NCBI GenBank assembly: GCA_020184695.1
Contig: JAANOX010000081.1
Location: 248,001-312,000, forward strand
From: Histomonas meleagridis 2922-C6/04-290x
Taxonomy: Eukaryota; Protista; Parabasalia
DNA: 64,000 bases
Direction: 5' to 3'
Shown: piece after piece, positions 26,201 through 34,115 of the stretch
Numbering within the stretch: the first letter of the stretch is position 1
Layout: each line of letters starts with the position of its first letter
Notes under the pieces: generated by a model
Seen by the model: the letters and a program-made list of their open reading frames with translations, nothing else
Told to the model about the DNA's origin: nothing
The model's database searches: none
Program-made: the position numbers and the translations under genes

Positions 26201-28151
26201 CTTATTATCACCTGGCGCTGATCCTACTCCATTAGTAGAAGAAGCTGCACGTAAAGCTAAACAAACATTAAATACAATATCTATGGGTCAAGGAAGAGAA
26301 GAATTTGCTGAGAACTTTATTAATCAATCGAAACATAAAGGCGAATGGGTTTTATTACAAAATTGTCATTTAGGATTAAAATATATGGAAACATTATTTG
26401 AGAAATATAAATCAGATCAAATTAATGAATCTAAACCAGAAAATAACACTACAAATAATAATGAAAATAAAAATAACAATAATAATAATAATAAAGAACA
26501 ACAAAATAAAGTTACTAATCCAAATTATAGATTATGGATTACAACTGAAGTACATCCAAAATTCCCAATTTCTTTATTACAATTATCTATAAAACTTACG
26601 AATGAACCACCCGCTGGTGCTAGAGCTTCAATGAAAAGAACTTTATCTTCAATAACTCAACAAATGATAGATACTATGGAAACTAGTGAATGGCATCGTC
26701 TAATTTATATCTTGTCATTCTTTAATACTACTGTACAAGAACGTCGTAAATTCGGCCCTTTAGGTTGGTGTATTCCTTATGAATTTAACGTTTCTGATTT
26801 TAGTGCATCGCTATCGTTTATGGCAAGTCAAATCACGGAGGCCGTTAAGACGTCAAAAGGTTATTTCGAAGAGTCATTTTGGCAGACGATACGATATGGA
26901 ATATGTGAAATTCATTACGGAGGACGTGTTACTGATGAATTAGATCGAAGATTAATTAGAACTATCGGAGAACATTACTTTAATAATCAAAGAGTGTTCC
27001 CAAGTAATAATGAAACAAATAGTTTCGATGGACCACCAAAACATGAATATTTGATTTATGATTGTTCACAAGTTTCACAATTTATCGAAAAGGCTAATGA
27101 AATACCACAAAATGATCCTCCTGATATCTTTGGTTTACATTCTTTGGCAGATGTTAAACTTCGTCGAGATCAAGCTAATGAGATCTTCCAAAAGATTATT
27201 GATATACAACCCAAAGAAAGCTCAATAGGTGGCCTAACACGAGAGTCTGTTGTCTTACAAAAAATCCATGATTTATTACCATTAGTTCCAGAAGATTTCG
27301 ATATGGATCATGTTCGTAGTCAAGTCGAACTACGCAAATTCAAGCCACTTGACATCTGTTGCAAGCAAGAGATCGAACGTATGCAAATAGTATTGAACAC
27401 ATTACGATCTACATTAACAGATTTAGAATTAGCTATTGATGGCTCAATCGTAATGAACGATTTATTATATAACTCTATGAACTCATTATATGATGGCCGA
27501 ATCCCACAACATTGGCGAAAGATCTCATGGTCAGCAAACAGCTTAAAAGATTGGTTCGATCAAGTCAAACTTCGCTATGACCAATATAACAAATGGATCG
27601 ACAATGGCAAAGTCGATGCGTATTGGCTTGGCGGCATGTTCAATCCTGCCGGCTTCCTCACATCGCTCCGGCAAGAAACATGTCGCGTTGAGCATTGGTC
27701 ATTAGATCAAACATTTCTCATGTCAGAAGTGCAAAGTCCAACACGAAACAATAATAATAATAATAACAATAGTAGTGACAAAGATAACAGGTTCATATTC
27801 ATTAAGGGATTATACTTAGAAGGAGCGCGTTGGGGTAAAGCACAAGGAAATAATAACCAAAGCGGCGCTTGGGGACTCACTGAGTTACTGACATCGACAG
27901 GAAGAGGTAAAACAGGGAAACTGGTCACCGACTTAAGGAACGAAATGCCGCTAATTAAGTTGTGGACAGTGAAAAGAGATAACAATAATAAGGAAATCAC
28001 ATTCAGAACGGACAGCGACACATACGTATGCCCCGTGTACTCGAGCACGCAAAGAACTGACCAGAACTACGTGTTCAGCCTCCCGCTCAAGTCATTGAAC
28101 AATAAGGCAAAGCACTGGGTGCTGCGCGGAGTGTGCATGACAACAGTTTAG
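14262..28151 (+). CDS. Axonemal dynein heavy chain, outer-arm gamma type (DNAH5/DNAH8-like), 4629 aa
   Basis: Long N-terminal tail; P-loops [24 protein letters not shown] and [40 protein letters not shown]; C-terminal HWVLRGV. Single uninterrupted ORF. Confidence 0.95.
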   Translation: [4629 protein letters not shown]

Positions 28152-28250
28152 TAAAGTGATACTTTATGAAGTAATGCAAATCGAAATTTTTGATGAACTG
28201 TAATGCGAAGTAATTAATTGACAAATTACTGATGAATGTTTACTCTATTG

Positions 28251-28770
28251 AAAAAAATGAGTGTGTCATCAAGAAAATGAGTGTGTTATCAAGAAAATGA
28301 GTATGTTATCAAGAAAATGAGTATGTTATCAAGAAAATGAGTATGTTATCAAGAAAATGAGTATGTTATCAAGAAAATGAGTGTGTTATCAAGAAAATGA
28401 GTATGTTATCAAGAAAATGAGTATGTTATCAAGAAAATGAGTATGTTATCAAGAAAATGAGTATGTTATCAAGAAAATGAGTGTGTTATCAAGAAAATGA
28501 GTATGTTATCAAGAAAATGAGTATGTTATCAAGAAAATGAGTATGTTATCAAGAAAATGAGTATGTTATCAAGAAAATGAGTATGTTATCAAGAAAATGA
28601 GTGTGTTATCAAGAAAATGAGTATGTCATCAAGAAAATGAGTATGTTATCAAGAAAATGAGTATGTTATCAAGAAAATGAGTGTGTTATCAAGAAAATGA
28701 GTATGTTATCAAGAAAATGAGTATGTTATCAAGAAAATGAGTGTGTTATCAAGAAAATGAGTATGTTATC
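28251..28770. repeat. Tandem minisatellite, about 26 copies of a 20-bp unit (AAGAAAATGAGTATGTTATC)
   Basis: Directly visible perfect phasing. Only two variable positions (GTAT/GTGT and TTATC/TCATC). Confidence 0.98.
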
Positions 28771-29911
28771 AAGATAATCTTATTAAAACCCTGTTGAAAA
28801 TCTTCTTAAATTATATTTAACCTAGAAATTCAAGAACTTTAATATCGACATTTACTAACAAAAAGATATTGATATCAATCAGCCGCAGTTCAAGTGCTTG
28901 TTCATCAGATGCAATACCACTAAATGTAGCAAACCAGATTTTGCAAGTGAAATAAGTTTTTTAAATAATATAAAAATTTATCCAATTTCAAAAGATTCAA
29001 CAACTCGTACGATAATTCATATTCACTGCCAATTTGTTTGCAGCGGTCAAGGATGCTGTATTACTACACCTAATTCACCAGCTCCTAATTCATGAATTAT
29101 GGCATATGGTACAAAATGTAATTATTCATCAGATTCACATGAATTCTCTTACACTTATGGACTGCGACATGTTAACTTCAAACACGCCACTTCCTTTTCC
29201 TGGAATTACACATGATATTTCAATAAACTTGAAACTTTGGGAGCAAGCAACTTGCCTTCTAGAACTATACCAATCATCATAACGATTCAATGCCACTCAT
29301 TCAAAAGTTTGTTGTCATCATCTTTTTCTCCAAACTTACAGCAGAGACAGCAACAAAGCATTTTCTTTAACTTTATTGCTTTATTCCTCCTGTTCCATCA
29401 TAGAATACCAATAAAACATATCAACGAAATCACTCAGCAACAAAATGATTTTTCGAAAATAACTATTAAGTTTCTGACGCTTATTGACTTAACTTGGCAT
29501 TGATTTATTGCGCCTTATAAAATCTATGACAATAATCAAATGCATTATGATTAATGACACCTTATCATTATTACTATTAATTAAATTATTTGGATGAATG
29601 AATTTTATGGAAGTTGGACGAATATTATCTACAACATTGTTGTAGCATTCGTTGGGAATGCATATGGTGATCATTTTGATGATAAATTGCATTTTAATTG
29701 GCATGAAGATGATATATATTATTTCCAAAGATTTTTCTCATCGAAACTCTAATGACAACAACCAACAAACACTTGCTCCAATATATTTTGGTGTGTCTTT
29801 AGTGTTGTACAAATAACCAGAATTATCATTTCAACTTCGAACATTTTCATTTGTGCCAAGTGAAATACGAATAAGCATGACATACTATAGGTAAAAGCAC
29901 TAAAAATTAAA

Positions 29912-30390
29912 ATGTCATGGGGAGGCGACGATTGGGGAGCACCACATGCTGGAACGTGGGGTTATGATAATGAGGCCGAAGTCAGGCAGAGTGGGCTAAA
30001 AAGCAATCAATCAAATGATTCGATGGATTGGGACCAACCTTATAGCTCATTTCCTGGAACGCTTTTGGATTCGAATCCAACGACAGTTGAACCGCCTCCA
30101 TCGATAAGTTCTGGAAAAAAGATGCTCATATTGTAGGTTCAGTTAAATAGATACCATGAACAAAAAGTTTTACTATTGGAAGCTGATCCTATAAAACGTG
30201 GTACTATGTGCACAACCAATAAATAGTCAAATTACTTCACAAAAAGGAATTGATATTAATGCTAAAGATATTAATTTATTTTATTTAAAATTTATTTTAA
30301 TAATTTTGGATTTCAGAACAATGTTTGGAAATTATTTTTACATTTGAAAGAAGTTTAAAAAATTATTTGAAGTACATCATAAAAAATTGA
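29912..30390 (+). pseudogene. Short ORF (MSWGGDDW..., 74 aa) followed by a frameshifted ankyrin remnant carrying one 51+9+16-nt insert module
   Basis: The ORF has a plausible ATG context. Downstream, ATA GTC AAA TTA CTT [frameshift] CAA AAA GGA ATT GAT ATT AAT GCT AAA GAT (IVKLL..QKGIDINAKD) resembles the repeats of the 36-kb gene. Confidence 0.45.
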
Positions 30391-30489
30391 TAATTTTACT
30401 AATCATATACTGTATGTATAAAAAAATAAAACAAAACATTGAAAAAATATTCATTTCTTAAAATATTTAATACAAACAAAAAATAAAAT

Positions 30490-30906
30490 TCATATTTGAC
30501 TGAATTTTTTCAATTTGTTGACCTCATTTTGAATCAATTTTTGTCTCTTTTGCTTGAATGCTTGTAACTCTGAGTGCTTCTTAAAGTGTATCTTAACAAC
30601 AGCTTGGTAAAGCTTTTCTTCTTGATCAATCAATGGATCGTATTTTGATGCATTTTGTGTATTCGACCATTTTTGCTTAAGTTTCTCAGCCATTTCTCTA
30701 ATTTTTTCTCTGCGGGGATTCTTCCATGATTCCATTTTTGGTTGGATTATTTTAATCGCATTAAAATATGAGTTTACTAAATCCTCTAAATTTTTCATTT
30801 GTTTCCTAATACTTACTTTTTTAGCTTCAATCTGTATTGTAAGTTCCTTGTATCTTGAAAGTTCAATGGCAATCTGTTCTTGAATTTCATTCTGATTGTT
30901 TATCAT
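30490..30906 (-). CDS. Coiled-coil hypothetical protein (138 aa)
   Basis: ATG-started ORF, K/E/Q-rich with a heptad-like pattern. Confidence 0.6.
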   Translation of the reverse strand: MINNQNEIQEQIAIELSRYKELTIQIEAKKVSIRKQMKNLEDLVNSYFNAIKIIQPKMESWKNPRREKIREMAEKLKQKWSNTQNASKYDPLIDQEEKLYQAVVKIHFKKHSELQAFKQKRQKLIQNEVNKLKKFSQI

Positions 30907-31169
30907 TTCGTAAAAATGTACGTTAAACAGTTTGGCAAAAAATTCAAATTTGATAAAGTAAAAAAAAAATTAGTTAACATCATTACAATAGAGGGAGAAT
31001 TTCATCATATGTTTTTTTTAAATCAATATATAAATGTATGCTATGGTTTATAGTAGCTATTCTTTTGATTTCATCATCAAAAATATCTAAAGGTTTCATT
31101 TCAAAATAGAAGTAATAACATAATGAGGATAATGATTGATACAAAAAGAAGAAAATTATTCGATCTAAT

Positions 31170-32180
31170 TTAGTAAGAAATAAGTTGTTCATACAATTTT
31201 TCCACATTATTCATTATTGCTTTTGACGAAGCATATTTTGGAGGATTTGCAATATAAATTGTTGATATTATCTTTTTTAGTTTGTCTGTTGGAATCGAAT
31301 AATTTGAACATATATAACAAACAATTAAAAGTGCCGCAAAAGAAACGCATTGGAACAATAATCCTTCGATTTGCTTTTGAGCTGGTCGAACCTTTGATTT
31401 AATTAATTGTTCCTTTGGAAGAAGTACATCGCTGTGAACCACAACATGACTCTGTGCAAGCGAAATTACTTTTTCCAGAACCCAATCAACTGTAATTTCT
31501 TGTGAATTAGTTTCGTTCATGAAATCAATTTCGTTTTCTGATTTCATTCCTGTCTTTGGATTTAGTTGAAATAAGTACTCGCTTGGAACATAACATGGCG
31601 AATATTCCTTAATAAAAAAGGCAACAAGAAAGAATTTGACGTTGTTTTGAATTCGACTTCCAAGGACTCGACATACTTGAGCAGACCCGATATATGAATG
31701 AAGAATTACTGCTAATGAGCCTATTTCTGGATCAGCATGATCAGCCCTGTGCTTGATAACTGCTGGAGGTGGGTTGGTTAGTATGGGGAGCTGGAAAATT
31801 ATGTTTTTGTTGGGTGATCTTATATTTGGCGGATGTATAATGTTTTGATTTATTTTCTTTTGGCGAAGCTTTGGAGGGAGCTGACATGTGTTGACAATTA
31901 TAGGAGATGGTTGATTGGATATATCATTATTTGATAATCGTGGACTTCTTCTTGGACTCTCTGTTTTAGTATTGAACATTTCACATAGCTGGTCTGTAGA
32001 AATTGATGTGTTTTGTATTGAATGAAAGTATCTTTGAATCAATTTTCGTGTTTCTTTGGGATCATGTTCTGAGATTTCTTGAATTGTTTTATCATCTGGC
32101 TTATTTGGTTCAAGCCCTGTTTGAAGAATTAGGTGCCTTATTGAAGCAAGTTGAGCCACTGTATAAGGTGAATTCTCCAT
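31170..32180 (-). CDS. Hypothetical protein with a possible Tudor-like beta-barrel
   Basis: 336 aa from the ATG at 32180. The segment EIGSLAVIL...QVCRVLG...FFLVAFF...PCYVPSEYL suggests a Tudor-like barrel; the assignment is weak. Confidence 0.6.
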   Translation of the reverse strand: MENSPYTVAQLASIRHLILQTGLEPNKPDDKTIQEISEHDPKETRKLIQRYFHSIQNTSISTDQLCEMFNTKTESPRRSPRLSNNDISNQPSPIIVNTCQLPPKLRQKKINQNIIHPPNIRSPNKNIIFQLPILTNPPPAVIKHRADHADPEIGSLAVILHSYIGSAQVCRVLGSRIQNNVKFFLVAFFIKEYSPCYVPSEYLFQLNPKTGMKSENEIDFMNETNSQEITVDWVLEKVISLAQSHVVVHSDVLLPKEQLIKSKVRPAQKQIEGLLFQCVSFAALLIVCYICSNYSIPTDKLKKIISTIYIANPPKYASSKAIMNNVEKLYEQLISY

Positions 32181-32703
32181 AACCAAATAAACGGACGTTT
32201 ATTAATCAAAAAATGCAAACGGCCTCTAGCATAAATTTCGATTTTCTTGCTATTTAATGTTTATTTATGGAAAATAAATACCAAAAAAATTTAAACATAT
32301 TTAAGTGTATATTATTATGTTAAAAAATATTTAATAATTCTAATATTTGTCTAGTTTTGACAACATAACATTTTTATTGAGAACGTTTAAACGTAAACGT
32401 AATCCATTAACATCGTCAAAACCCCGCCAAAAACTATAAACCAGTCAAATTAATAACGTTCAAAATTTTATGAAGAAAAAAGTCTAAAAGAGCATTAGAA
32501 GAAAAAAAAGAGTTTATTAAAAAGAGTACTTTGGCGTACAAGCCAAAAAAAAGAAAGTATTATTCCAATAAGTGTCACGAAGACATACATAATGGTATAA
32601 TACAAAAAAAACTACACTAGGTAGAAAAAAAAGAGTAAATAATAAGTTGTTTGTGGCTATACAAGCCGATGAAATATATATAATTGCATAAAAATGAAAT
32701 CGA

Positions 32704-33783
32704 TTACATATTGTATGGCACGAAGCCAACAGTAATCGTTGGAGGAACAATCCTCTTTGGACGTAGAAACATTTGATTATTAATTACCTTCTTAGGATTG
32801 CATTCCAAAGAAACTTTAGTCAAATCATTCATAAATGATTCGAGCGAAATTGATGTTTCACATGAAAAGAATGGGTGAGCTAAAATCTCTGAAGCCGTAG
32901 GACGCTTAGATGGATCTAAGCTTAGCATTTTCTCGAGCAAATCAATTATGCAATAATATTGATTTGGTAAATTATCCTCGAGATATTTGTGGAGAACGGA
33001 CTCATTATGGCACAAGCTTACAAAAATTTGAGAGTTTGGGTAATTGGCAAATTCTGGCCAATTGTTAATATTGGGCGATCCACAAATGTTGAAAATTGAC
33101 ATAAGGCGCGAAACCTCGTCTGAACTTGTGGAGTTAAAAAGAGTTTTCCCTGTGATAAGGGTGAAGAATAAGCATCCTAAGCTCCAAATATCAATTGCAG
33201 TTGTATAGTTACTATCATGCATTAGAAGCTCAGGAGCGCGGTAACTCATTGTAACAACATTACATGTTAATGGTTTGCTAGTGTGATCAAGAGATCTTGC
33301 AAGACCAAAATCTGCTATTTTAGCATCGCCGTTGGAATCAATGAGAATATTTGCAGGCTTGACATCTCTATGGGCAATGTTTTTAGAGTGTAAGTAGCTT
33401 ATAGCATTTAAAGTTTGCATCATGTATTTTTTTACACTTTCATAGGAAAGCCCATGACCTCCTTTTAAAAGAGTATTTAAGTCACACTCACAGCATTCTA
33501 ATACCAGATAAACTTGATGACTTTCTTGGCACTTAATAATTTTTTTAAGGGAAACAATATTTTCATGTGAATTATTTAAAAGAAATTTTGATTCCCTATA
33601 ATACGCCATTGGTAGGCCCTGCATTTTGTCAAATATCTTCACTTTTTTTAAAGCAACAATTTCGCCAGTAAATTTATCTCTTGCTTTATAAACAGTACTA
33701 TAGCACCCAGAACCCAATTCTTGTATTATGTCATATTGAGAATCAATTGATCCTCCTCCTGGGTCAGGAATCCGAGAAGACAT
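32704..33783 (-). CDS. CMGC/CDK-family protein kinase
   Basis: LGSGCYSTV, VALKK, GLPMAYYRE (PITALRE-like helix), HRDVKPAN, DFGLAR, VVTMSYRAPE, DIWSLG. Confidence 0.93.
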   Translation of the reverse strand: MSSRIPDPGGGSIDSQYDIIQELGSGCYSTVYKARDKFTGEIVALKKVKIFDKMQGLPMAYYRESKFLLNNSHENIVSLKKIIKCQESHQVYLVLECCECDLNTLLKGGHGLSYESVKKYMMQTLNAISYLHSKNIAHRDVKPANILIDSNGDAKIADFGLARSLDHTSKPLTCNVVTMSYRAPELLMHDSNYTTAIDIWSLGCLFFTLITGKTLFNSTSSDEVSRLMSIFNICGSPNINNWPEFANYPNSQIFVSLCHNESVLHKYLEDNLPNQYYCIIDLLEKMLSLDPSKRPTASEILAHPFFSCETSISLESFMNDLTKVSLECNPKKVINNQMFLRPKRIVPPTITVGFVPYNM

Positions 33784-34115
33784 TTACTTAATTACTTTTA
33801 CAAACCTCCGACCAAACAGAAAAATTTGTGGGCAAAACGGTTTTCGGAAATCTTCACGATTAAAAAGGCTTCAAAGTTTGTGATTTATTATGAAAAAGTT
33901 GATTCGAATTGTGCAAAAACCGTTTTAAATGAATTCCGAAACAAAAAAAATTGAAGCAAACAGACCAAACACTGAGGGGATCATAAAAAATTAATATCGT
34001 AAATGTCCAAAATGAATTACCTTTATGAGATGATACTCTATTCTTTGAATTTATGTGGAAATGTGATATTGTTATAAAAAATAAGAAAGCTTTGAAGAAA
34101 AAGAATACGACATCT

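Noticed and set aside
28251-28770. CRISPR-like array
   Set aside because: The units are contiguous with no unique spacers, the context is eukaryotic and there are no cas genes.
28850-29728. Short ORFs and an ankyrin-like word (DIDINQP) after the satellite
   Set aside because: No coherent reading frame or recognisable domain; at most a heavily decayed remnant.
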